Notes: generated from the letters alone by a model not told the origin. Counted from the stretch's first letter, positions 1-8,124 are shown. The stretch: 32,000 nt of DNA from Flavobacteriaceae bacterium (GCA_965224465.1 OZ245049.1:2640001-2672000), one strand, 5' to 3'. Made by a program: numbers and translations.

Positions 1-2
1 TT

Positions 3-1028
3 CCAAATCAAGAAAATGTAATTCTTAAATTAGTGATTACAGAAATTCAAGGTAGTGTAGAAGATACTGATATTATAAAATTACCACCAAAAAGTGGAAT
101 AATATTTGAACCTAACCAACTAAAAGTGTCAGAAGCCAATGGTAAAAAAATAACTATAATTTGTGAATCGCCTTTAAGTAAAGATATTACCATTTCATTA
201 TTAGATAAATATGATAAGAAGGTTGGCATGGTTAATATTGTTAAATGTAAAGATGCAATTAGTTTACCTTTAAATTTGGTTTTGGTTTCTGAAAGCAGAC
301 ATATCAATAAGCTAAAAGAGAAGCATCAAAACACAATGCTTACACTAGAGAGTAATCTTCAAAATAACTCATTTAATCAAGCTTTTATAAAGCCTTACTT
401 TACAAATGATCTAAATACTGCTCCAATTATTTCTTTAGATAATTTTAGTGAAAATGATTATAATGGAACTAATTTGTCAAAAAAAGGGAAGGTAAAAATA
501 CTTGAAAAGTTTAAAAATGATGTTGTACAAAAAAAAGGAATTTCATTATTCCTATTAGCAACAAATCATGAAAGAAATCAAGCAGGTGATTCTCAAATAG
601 TTCCTCTTAATTGGAGCAATGTGTTTATCTATATAAATGTTGGGACAGATTCTGATTACGTTCATGAAATAGGTCATGCATTAGGTCTCACGCACAGCTT
701 TAAAGAGGGTAAAGACAAGGTGTATTATAGAAATCAGATAGGAGAAGGAAAATTAAATGAATTTAAAACTAAATTAGAGAGTCAAATAAAATATTTGGAT
801 AAAAATTTAAGCACAGAAAATAGAAAGAAAGTTAATAAGAATATTGAGGTTTTAAATAAGAATATTAAAAAATATCAAGAAAGGTTTTCAATAGGAGACA
901 AAAACCCGTATAAATTTAACAAAAGTGGTACTACAAATTTTATGGATTATTTTAACGATGCTAAAGATTTTTACAGATGGCAATGGAACGTAATGTATCA
1001 AGAAGTAAAAAAATACTATTCTATATAA
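3..1028 (+). CDS. C-terminal part of a larger toxin-like protein (5' end lies outside the window) ending in an M43/metzincin-like zinc metallopeptidase domain
   Basis: The frame is open from nt 3 with no stop before the GTG at 33 used by the ORF track, so the gene starts upstream of the window. HEIGHALGLTH at nt 663-695 is an HExxHxxGxxH zinc site. The downstream TNFMDY resembles the NxMDY region of cytophagalysin/pappalysin-type (M43) peptidases. Confidence 0.7.
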   Translation, partial: PNQENVILKLVITEIQGSVEDTDIIKLPPKSGIIFEPNQLKVSEANGKKITIICESPLSKDITISLLDKYDKKVGMVNIVKCKDAISLPLNLVLVSESRHINKLKEKHQNTMLTLESNLQNNSFNQAFIKPYFTNDLNTAPIISLDNFSENDYNGTNLSKKGKVKILEKFKNDVVQKKGISLFLLATNHERNQAGDSQIVPLNWSNVFIYINVGTDSDYVHEIGHALGLTHSFKEGKDKVYYRNQIGEGKLNEFKTKLESQIKYLDKNLSTENRKKVNKNIEVLNKNIKKYQERFSIGDKNPYKFNKSGTTNFMDYFNDAKDFYRWQWNVMYQEVKKYYSI

Positions 1029-1031
1029 ATT

Positions 1032-1466
1032 ATGAAAAATATACTATATATCGCTTTATTATTGGTCTCCTGTTCAAAAAAAATAACTATTCAAACAATT
1101 AAACCAATACCTTTAATAGAAGAACACTTAGATAGCAGTAAAAAACTATATTTATCAGGAGAAATATATCCAATTCCAGAACCAAAACAATACTATACTT
1201 CTGTTCTGTTGTTACATTACAACGATTCTACTAAAATATTCGCAAGTTCTGATTTTGATGGTAGGTTTGCATTTTATGATTTTAAACCTGAATTAATCAA
1301 TAAAGAATCTTACATATATGCAGTAAATAAAGGATGCATAGCTAAGAGAATTTTATTTGATAGTTTAAAAAATCCAATACGTATTTATTTAGTACAAGAT
1401 TCAATAAAGGGGCTTTCTTATGATGCGTATATTGATCTTCTTATTAAAAATCGACCTATTGATTAA
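1032..1466 (+). CDS. Small lipoprotein, candidate immunity protein for the upstream metallopeptidase
   Basis: Starts 3 nt after the upstream stop. N-terminus MKNILYIALLLVSCSK has a lipobox (LVSC). SDFDGRFAFYDF resembles the carboxypeptidase-regulatory-like (CarboxypepD_reg) beta-sandwich signature. Confidence 0.6.
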   Translation: MKNILYIALLLVSCSKKITIQTIKPIPLIEEHLDSSKKLYLSGEIYPIPEPKQYYTSVLLLHYNDSTKIFASSDFDGRFAFYDFKPELINKESYIYAVNKGCIAKRILFDSLKNPIRIYLVQDSIKGLSYDAYIDLLIKNRPID

Positions 1467-1477
1467 TAGGAATTAAT

Positions 1478-2616
1478 TTACTCACCTTACGCAATAATAA
1501 TTTAGATTTAAGGAAATAATTGTCTATATTGTTAATAACTTTGAGAAGAAAAAAGATGGATAATTTTGTTGATTTATATACCGATTATTTGATAAGTTCA
1601 AGTTCTTATACTACAGCAACAGGAATGTCCCACTTGCTTTGCATAAAACATGATAAAATAACAAGAGCATTGTCAACAGGTGTTTACGACAGTAAATTTC
1701 TATGGAAAACGGCAAAACCTTATATTGAAGAATTGACACAATCAAAAGAAACCGTTATTTTAAGTTTTGATGATTCTATACAAGAAAAACAATATACAAA
1801 AGAAAGTGAACTTAACACTTGGCATTTTGACCACGTGTTTGGGAGGTCTGTAAAAGGAGTTAATTTTCTAACAGCTTTAATAGAAGTAGCCGGTATGCGT
1901 TTGCCTTGTAGTGTGGAGTTTATAAAGAAAGACCTTTGGGTAACCGATAAAAAAACAGGAAAACAAAAGCGTAAAAGCAGCAAAACCAAGAATGAATTAT
2001 TTAGAGATATGTTGCGAGAATGTAGTAGCAAAATACTCTTTGATTATGTTTTGGCTGATAGCTGGTTTTCATCTGTAGAAAATATGATTTACTGTAAAAC
2101 AGCATTAAAAAATAATTTTATTATTGCTTTAAAAAGCAATCGAAGAGTAGCCTTATCATTAGAAGATAAGCAAAAAGGAATATACGTGAATATTAAAACA
2201 TTACAGCCAGAACAGCAGACCGTGGAAGTTTGGTTTGAAAAACTAGACTTTCCGCTGTTGCTTACAAAGCAAATTTTCAAAAACGAGAATGGTACAGTCG
2301 GCGAGTTGTATTTGGCTTGTAGTGATTTAAGTTTAGCGTATGACCAGATAACTACAATCTACAAAAAACTGGGCAGTAGAAGAATATCACAAATCGATTA
2401 AAAGCAATACAGGATTTGCTAAATCTCCAACAAAAAAAACAGAAACTCAAATGAATCATTTTGTCTTACCCATTGTAGCATATAAAATCACTTTGCCATG
2501 AAAACACAAATTTATTTAGCCGCTCAAAAAGCAGCCTATAATGAACTCAAAAACTTATCAACACCCAAGGCAGCATAATCTCTTTTTTAGAGAAAATTAT
2601 GCGTAACATGAGTTAA
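1478..2616 (+). mobile_element. Decayed IS element (IS701/IS4-like DDE transposase) with imperfect terminal inverted repeats
   Basis: Left end ttACTCAccTTACGCAaTAAT (about 1478-1498). The reverse complement of the right end (about 2596-2616) reads ttaACTCAtgTTACGCAtAAT. The element encloses the broken transposase reading frames. Confidence 0.6.
1556..2578 (+). pseudogene. Frameshifted DDE transposase (IS701-like)
   Basis: The N-terminus MDNFVDLYTDYLISSSSYTTATGMSHLL...HDKITRALS is typical of this transposase family. DDE candidates are SFDDS, LADSWF and WAVEEYHKSIK. The last of these is only readable after a frame change near nt 2365. A second frame change near nt 2490 is needed to read HFAMKTQIYLAAQKAAYNELKNL. 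The ORF-track frame stops at 2401. Confidence 0.65.
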
Positions 2617-2821
2617 TCAGAATAAAAACACAATAACACATAGGCGTATAACATTATTTTATATATTTGATCAACGCTTAAAAACAGATACGCCCTAACA
2701 ACAAGCCTTCCCTACATAGTGAACTAGATGGATATGCCATCAAGTTTAGAATTGTTATTGTGAGAATATTACAAAGCATTGACATACTCAAACAACTTAA
2801 TACAACATATAACAAAACAAC

Positions 2822-3511
2822 ATGGTAAAAGCAATATTAATAATAGATGGAAAAGAAGTAAACGTACGTTGGTTTACTATCAATTTTAATCAAGGAGCAA
2901 ATCCTAACGGAAGACCTTCACAAATCCCGGTATTTATAGGTTTTAAACTAATTATAGAAACCAGAAAAGACCTAAACCTTACTGAGTGGGCCTTTTCCTC
3001 TAGACAAACAAAACAGATAGTATTACATATTAGTTCCGTTATTGTGGGAGGCAAAACAAGAAAAATATTTTTCTATGACTGTCATCTTGTAAACTGGAAA
3101 ACAAATTTTTCTTCTACAGGATCAGATCCAATGACGGAAACTTTAGAAATCACCTGTGCGGGTGTTGAAGATTCTAACTCGTTTGGTGTGTATTCTGCTT
3201 CGTGGAGAAAAACTTATAAAGAAGAAAATATTGAACCTACAATTTTAGATAATAACAATGAAAAAGAGTTTACAAGATGTTATATTACAGACTTAGAAGA
3301 AAATGAATTAAATGAATATAAAACTGGAGATAAAATTCTATTGAACATTGAAAGTGAAAATCGTATAGGAGATAATATGACTATTTTTTTAGATGATAAA
3401 ACTCATGATTTCAAAAAAAACGGTCAAACTTTAGAAAATGACACCTTAAAACATACAGTTAGTAGTAATTTTGAACAAATAGAGTTAGAAGTAATAGACC
3501 AAATAAATTAA
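2822..3511 (+). CDS. tssD: Type VI secretion tube protein TssD/Hcp (Bacteroidota T6SSiii type) with a C-terminal extension of about 95 aa
   Basis: Residues 1 to about 130 follow the Bacteroidota TssD pattern: A.L.IDGKE..V, NGRPS, L.EW, YDCHLV, and GSDPMTETLEITCAGVE, which corresponds to the PxSETxxIxA end of the TssD fold. Known TssD proteins end about there. This ORF continues for roughly 95 more residues (nt about 3212-3508). Confidence 0.75.
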   Translation: MVKAILIIDGKEVNVRWFTINFNQGANPNGRPSQIPVFIGFKLIIETRKDLNLTEWAFSSRQTKQIVLHISSVIVGGKTRKIFFYDCHLVNWKTNFSSTGSDPMTETLEITCAGVEDSNSFGVYSASWRKTYKEENIEPTILDNNNEKEFTRCYITDLEENELNEYKTGDKILLNIESENRIGDNMTIFLDDKTHDFKKNGQTLENDTLKHTVSSNFEQIELEVIDQIN

Positions 3512-3518
3512 CACAAAA

Positions 3519-4349
3519 ATGGGAAAGAATACATTTAGAGTAGAATTTGATGATGGAGCTACTAAATCCGTGAGCATTAATATAGTAGACCCTATTACAA
3601 ACTTAGCTCTATACGGAAGTGGGTTTTTAGAACCTAATTCCTCAGGTGGAGGTCATGATACTGGTGACGGATTTAAAAGAATAGCAGAAGCAAGACATAA
3701 AATAAACGAAAAAAAAACTCCAAAAGACATTAATAAAATTCTGTTTTGCCCTACAGATTATGATTTTTTCAAGATTATCAATAATACTAAAAATATAGGA
3801 AGATTAGATATTTATTGTCATGGTTGGCTTGACGGCATAAATCTTGGTGGCTTTAAAGGTAAAAGAAAATTAGGAGGTATTGAAGTAGATGGTGACAAAA
3901 TAGATTGGATGGATAAAAATGAAAATAAAGGTAAAGATTTGAGAAGAGTAGAAACACGTGAAAATTTATACTTAAATAGTACAGAAAAAACAGAATTAAC
4001 TAAACTAAAATCATCTCCTTTTTCTGCTAATACCGAGGTGTACTTTTGGGGTTGTAATATTGGAGGTCAGTTGAGTCCTAAAGGAATCCATATAGCCAAC
4101 AATAACCCTCTAATCAAAGACCCAAAAATTTCTTTTGCTCAAAAATTTGCTAAAAAAATGGGGAAAGGAAATGTTTATGCTCTAGTTGGAAAAGGAAGTG
4201 CAGCTGGTTCTATGTTTAAAAGGAATTCTAAAGAAAAGAATATTTATAGTGATGGGGAGATGATTCCTGCCAATATTTCATATAATCATGGAAATAAAAA
4301 CACCATAATACTTGATGCAACAAAATATCTTAAAAAATTTCCTTTATAA
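3519..4349 (+). CDS. Hcp-linked effector candidate with a His/Cys dyad (DUF4347-like / clan-CD-peptidase-like pattern)
   Basis: Starts 7 nt after the tssD stop and has no signal peptide. LDIYCHGWLDGINLGG has its His codon at 3819-3821. EVYFWGCNIGG has its Cys codon at 4053-4055. In both motifs a hydrophobic strand precedes the catalytic-type residue. This is followed by SFAQKFAKKMGKGNVYALVG. Confidence 0.55.
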   Translation: MGKNTFRVEFDDGATKSVSINIVDPITNLALYGSGFLEPNSSGGGHDTGDGFKRIAEARHKINEKKTPKDINKILFCPTDYDFFKIINNTKNIGRLDIYCHGWLDGINLGGFKGKRKLGGIEVDGDKIDWMDKNENKGKDLRRVETRENLYLNSTEKTELTKLKSSPFSANTEVYFWGCNIGGQLSPKGIHIANNNPLIKDPKISFAQKFAKKMGKGNVYALVGKGSAAGSMFKRNSKEKNIYSDGEMIPANISYNHGNKNTIILDATKYLKKFPL

Positions 4350-4359
4350 AAAATAAGTC

Positions 4360-4851
4360 ATGAAAAAATCATTTATATTTTTTTTTACTATTACTCTAAT
4401 ATGTAATACATCTTGCTTTAAAAAACCAAAATTAACAAGTTCTCCTCAATATAGTATTATTGATAGCTTGAAATATGTATCTACAATTCCAGACGATTAC
4501 TTTCATCCTAGAGGAGATAGTATCTGTTCTAAAATTTTAGCTAATTATAAAAAATTAACTCCTGTATTAATCGAAAAAATTACTGATACCACTAAATCTA
4601 AATATAAATACGCAGATTTTTTTTATTATAAAGTTGGAGACATCTCATTAGAGTTACTTTCTTTAGGTAATCAAGACTATCAATTTCCAATAAGAGAACT
4701 TATTAGTAATGAATTTGAAATAAAAAATAAAAATGATCAACTTAATTTAATACTATACGAACTCTTTCACAAAAATTCCTCTGAAATAAACAATAAGAAT
4801 AGAAAAAAAATAAAAATAGTAATACAAAAATGGTTTAACAATAATAAATAA
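4360..4851 (+). CDS. Lipoprotein, candidate cognate immunity protein
   Basis: Starts 10 nt after the effector stop. MKKSFIFFFTITLICNTSC is a signal peptide with lipobox-type cysteines. Confidence 0.55.
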   Translation: MKKSFIFFFTITLICNTSCFKKPKLTSSPQYSIIDSLKYVSTIPDDYFHPRGDSICSKILANYKKLTPVLIEKITDTTKSKYKYADFFYYKVGDISLELLSLGNQDYQFPIRELISNEFEIKNKNDQLNLILYELFHKNSSEINNKNRKKIKIVIQKWFNNNK

Positions 4852-4857
4852 CGTTGC

Positions 4858-5047
4858 CTAACAACTAAGTGTTCGTGCGGTGCGTAGCACCCAGCATGAA
4901 CATAGTGTTGACTATACCGGCTCAAAAGATGATACTATGGGGATTGCGCGAAGTTTATTAAGAGGCTATCGACAAAGACCTTAATAGGTACCACCTATTT
5001 TTAGGTCATTTTCTCTCACGCTCTTTTGTGGGGATAGTTTTTTACTG
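4858..5047 (+). repeat. Inter-cassette repeat, copy 1 (full length, about 190 bp)
   Basis: Aligns by eye with 15265-15450 over the full length and with 19149-19239 over the 5' half. Begins 6 nt after an immunity-gene stop. Contains conserved inverted repeats (ACATAGTG ... ATACTATGG) and an inner 4-bp hairpin. Confidence 0.8.
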
Positions 5048-6304
5048 TTTATTGAAACAGAAGGTATAGATGATGGAACTGAACTTGAAATAGAAATTAG
5101 TGCTAAAAATGAGGAAGGAACAACTGTTGAAATAAAAAATGATGACGACCAACCTATAAAAATCACAGCAAAAGCAACCTGTAACAACGTTACTTTTGAG
5201 CCTTTCTATGTAAATCCAAAATGGTTTGACAAAAAAGCTCCTATCACTTACTTTTTTAATCTTAAAATTAAAGATGAAAACACTTATATCTGTGAGAATT
5301 TACCAAATGATATTGAAAACCAATTAAAACCTATAGGATTTGGAAAACCAGACGAGTTTAAAATTGACAAAGCAAAAGGATATCTATTAGTAAAAAATAA
5401 AAATGGAACAAAAACGGCTTATACGAGTGGAGAACGATTAGATATTTTAAAGTACCAAAAATGGTTTGAAGATGATTCTGAAGAAATAGACATTAAAAAT
5501 AAAAAGCAATATAAGAGCTATTTTAAAAGTGTTTATTTGACCCGTTTGTTTGGTTGGTCAATAAATAATGAATTTGATAATGAGGCTAACAGACAACAAA
5601 TAATTGCAGAGTTTGAAAAAGCAGGAAAAAAATATAATATTCCACCTTCTATTCTATGGACATACGCAGCAGGGGAAGGACTTCTTGAAAATTGTAGTTG
5701 GAGACCTAAACGTGTAGATTTAAAAGCGGAGGTGAACTCATTCAAAGCCTTTGGTTTAGATTTTTTTGAAAATCATGTGAAAACAATGAGAACAAAAGGC
5801 TATTTAGATGCTTCTTTTAAACAGAACAAGACAAATGTTATTTATAGCGGTTCTTACAAAATGCCCCCCTCTTTTACAGAAGACTATGCTGCTATTAGAA
5901 ATAAGTATGGAACTAAACTCATAAGAAAAGAATCGGCCGACCCCGCAGCTACTGGAACACGTGTATGCCCTGTGTTTTTTAAAGATTTACTAACAGGAAT
6001 AAAAGGCGCATCTGCTATATATGCAAATGCTTATGATTATGCTTCAACAAGTGCTCAAAATCTCGGTTGGGGAAAACTAACTTTAAATCAACAGGTATTT
6101 TTTGGATATGTAAAAATACAAAAGACTAGTGAAAAAGGAAATGCAGAGATCAATAGGTATAGAAATAAACCAGACGCTAATTTTTTAGATGAAAATTATA
6201 CTAGGGATGCCACTAGAACAGATTTATTGCTCATTAAAAATAAATGTTATGTAAGATGGGTTGTTTGGCGCTATGTATTATTAGGAAAACACTTTAGTAA
6301 ATAA
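4988..6304 (+). CDS. 5'-truncated (orphan) effector A: partial delivery domain plus a toxin domain of unknown family. There is no ATG/GTG/TTG before nt 5537.
   Basis: The frame is open from 4988 (after TAG at 4985-4987) to 6304. I translated 5042-5536 codon by codon and found no stop and no ATG, GTG or TTG. Residues encoded by 5042 to about 5530 are homologous to the N-terminal region of the 15943 effector (FYVNPKWF vs FYLDPKWY; ITYFFNLKIKDE vs ITFIFEAKFEDR; LKPIGF vs LRPITY). The first 50 or so codons of that domain are missing and the inter-cassette repeat sits in their place. Confidence 0.7.
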   Translation, partial: VPPIFRSFSLTLFCGDSFLLFIETEGIDDGTELEIEISAKNEEGTTVEIKNDDDQPIKITAKATCNNVTFEPFYVNPKWFDKKAPITYFFNLKIKDENTYICENLPNDIENQLKPIGFGKPDEFKIDKAKGYLLVKNKNGTKTAYTSGERLDILKYQKWFEDDSEEIDIKNKKQYKSYFKSVYLTRLFGWSINNEFDNEANRQQIIAEFEKAGKKYNIPPSILWTYAAGEGLLENCSWRPKRVDLKAEVNSFKAFGLDFFENHVKTMRTKGYLDASFKQNKTNVIYSGSYKMPPSFTEDYAAIRNKYGTKLIRKESADPAATGTRVCPVFFKDLLTGIKGASAIYANAYDYASTSAQNLGWGKLTLNQQVFFGYVKIQKTSEKGNAEINRYRNKPDANFLDENYTRDATRTDLLLIKNKCYVRWVVWRYVLLGKHFSK

Positions 6305-6311
6305 AAAAAAT

Positions 6312-6944
6312 ATGAAAAAAATAATTATAGTTATCTATTTATTAACGGGGAGCATTCTAGTCAATGCCCAAAGAAATTACACAACAAGATCAAAAGACAA
6401 AACAGTAAGCGCTACAACTTTCATTAACCATGGTGAAGGTCTGGATAGTGTAATTGTAACAAACAAAAAACATAAAATGAGGTTCTTGCCCAGCACACCT
6501 TTATTTAATTTTTATGATAAAAATAATGAACCTGAACCTGAACCAATAGGGAATTATTTTACTGCTTATAGCATACAAAAAATAAAAAAAAACATATATC
6601 TACTAGTAGGTCTTGGTGGATATCGAAATTTTGAGATTGAACTCCATTTAATTATTATTAAGAAAAATAAAATATTAAAATATTATATAGTTAAATCAGG
6701 CGATAAAACGCTGAGAGATCCAAGATTTAAATACCTGTCTAAAACAAAAGAAATACTAATTTCAATTCCGAAACTAGATACACCAGAAAATTCTGTTCAT
6801 GAAATAAACTTAAAAGAAAATAAATTCAAGATTATAAAGTCACTTACAGCAAAGGAACTTACCGTAAAGCCACTAACGGAAAAGACACTTACTAAAAAGG
6901 TGTCAGATTCTTTGTTCTATCATTATAAATTGAAAATAAAATAA
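6312..6944 (+). CDS. Exported protein, candidate immunity A1
   Basis: Starts 7 nt after the effector A stop. Signal peptide MKKIIIVIYLLTGSILVNAQ. Paralog of 7341-7973 and distant homolog of 8890-9498. Confidence 0.6.
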   Translation: MKKIIIVIYLLTGSILVNAQRNYTTRSKDKTVSATTFINHGEGLDSVIVTNKKHKMRFLPSTPLFNFYDKNNEPEPEPIGNYFTAYSIQKIKKNIYLLVGLGGYRNFEIELHLIIIKKNKILKYYIVKSGDKTLRDPRFKYLSKTKEILISIPKLDTPENSVHEINLKENKFKIIKSLTAKELTVKPLTEKTLTKKVSDSLFYHYKLKIK

Positions 6945-7095
6945 AGATTCTTTGTTTTGATATTGGGAAATAAAAAAAACAGCATATAAAAGCTGATTGT
7001 CAGGTGATTTTCATTTAAAAACTCATAATAAATAGAACCTATCAACTCAACGCTATTTATAATTATACTAGGACAGCGTAAATAATGTAGGATAA

Positions 7096-7329
7096 AAAAA
7101 ACTACCTTTAAATGAACAGGTATTTTTTGGATATGTAAAAACACAAAAGACGAGTGAAAAAGGAAATGCTGAAGTTAATTTATATAGAAATAAACCAGAT
7201 GCTAATTTTTTAGATGAAAATTACACTAGGAATGCCTCTCTAATCGATTTAAAGCTCATTAAAAATAAATGTTATATAAGATGGGTTGTTTGGCGCTATG
7301 TATTATTAGGGAAACACTTTAGTAAATAA
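7096..7329 (+). pseudogene. Orphan 3' fragment (last 70 or so codons) of an effector-A-like gene
   Basis: Translates as ...NEQVFFGYVKTQKTSEKGNAEVNLYRNKPDANFLDENYTRNASLIDLKLIKNKCYIRWVVWRYVLLGKHFSK*. It differs from the tail of effector A at about 9 of 70 residues. There is no start codon, and a stop at 7093-7095 lies immediately upstream. Confidence 0.8.
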
Positions 7330-7340
7330 ATTTAAAAAAT

Positions 7341-7973
7341 ATGAAAAAAATAATTATAGTTATCTGTTTTTTAACGGGGAGCATTTTAGTCAATGCCCAA
7401 AGAAATTACACAACAAGATCAAAAGACAAATTAGTAAGCGCTAAAAATTTCATTGGTGCTCAAGAACGTATAGATAGTGTACTTGTAACAAATAAAAAAC
7501 ATAAATTGAGATTCGCGTTCCGTACACCATTATTTAATTTTTATGATGAAAATAATGAACCTAGACCTGAACCAATAGGTTACGCTTTTCGTGCTTATAG
7601 CATACAAAAAATAAAAAATAAAGTATATATGCTAGTAGGTATTGGTGGAAATCGAAATTTTGGGGTTGAACTCCATTTAATTATTATTAAGAAAAATAGA
7701 ATATTAAAATATTATATAGTTAAATCAGGCGATAAAATACTGAGAGATCCAAGATTTAAATACCTGCCTAAAACAAAAGAAATACTAATTTCAATTCCGA
7801 AACTATATACTCCAAAAGATTATATTTATGCAATAAACTTAAGAGAAAACAAATTCAAGACTATAAAGGCACTTACAGCAAAGGAACTTACCGTAAAGCC
7901 ACTAACGGAAAAGACACTTACTAAAAAGGTGTCAGATTCTTTGTTCTATCATTATAAATTGAAAATAAAATAA
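7341..7973 (+). CDS. Exported protein, immunity paralog A2 (orphan immunity candidate)
   Basis: 210 aa, the same length as 6312-6944. By my count 41 of 210 residues differ. All differences lie before the last 35 residues, which are identical. Signal peptide MKKIIIVICFLTGSILVNAQ. Confidence 0.6.
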   Translation: MKKIIIVICFLTGSILVNAQRNYTTRSKDKLVSAKNFIGAQERIDSVLVTNKKHKLRFAFRTPLFNFYDENNEPRPEPIGYAFRAYSIQKIKNKVYMLVGIGGNRNFGVELHLIIIKKNRILKYYIVKSGDKILRDPRFKYLPKTKEILISIPKLYTPKDYIYAINLRENKFKTIKALTAKELTVKPLTEKTLTKKVSDSLFYHYKLKIK

Positions 7974-8124
7974 AGATTCTTTGTTTTAACATTAGGAAAT
8001 AAAAAAAACAGCATATAAAAGCTGATTGTCAGGTGATTTTCATTTAAAAACTCATAATAAATAGAACCTATCAACTCAACGCTATTTATAATTATACTAG
8101 GACAGCGTAAATAATGTAGGATAA

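Noticed and set aside
4851-5047. Integron attC site: copy 1 of the inter-cassette repeat begins with GCCTAAC, the classic inverse-core RYYYAAC, right after a cassette stop codon
   Set aside because: The other copies start CAAATAAC, not RYYYAAC. I found no matching GTTRRRY core at the far end and no R''/L''-L'/R' symmetry. No integron integrase is present in the window.
4858-5047. Diversity-generating retroelement template/variable repeats
   Set aside because: Differences among the three copies are not adenine-specific. The repeats are non-coding, and there is no reverse transcriptase gene in the window.
6923-7144. Minus-strand 73-aa ORF, duplicated at 7952-8173
   Set aside because: It is conserved only because it lies inside the tandem repeat. 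It is antisense to the toxin-tail fragment, starts with GTG, and has low-complexity AT-driven composition with no recognisable motif.
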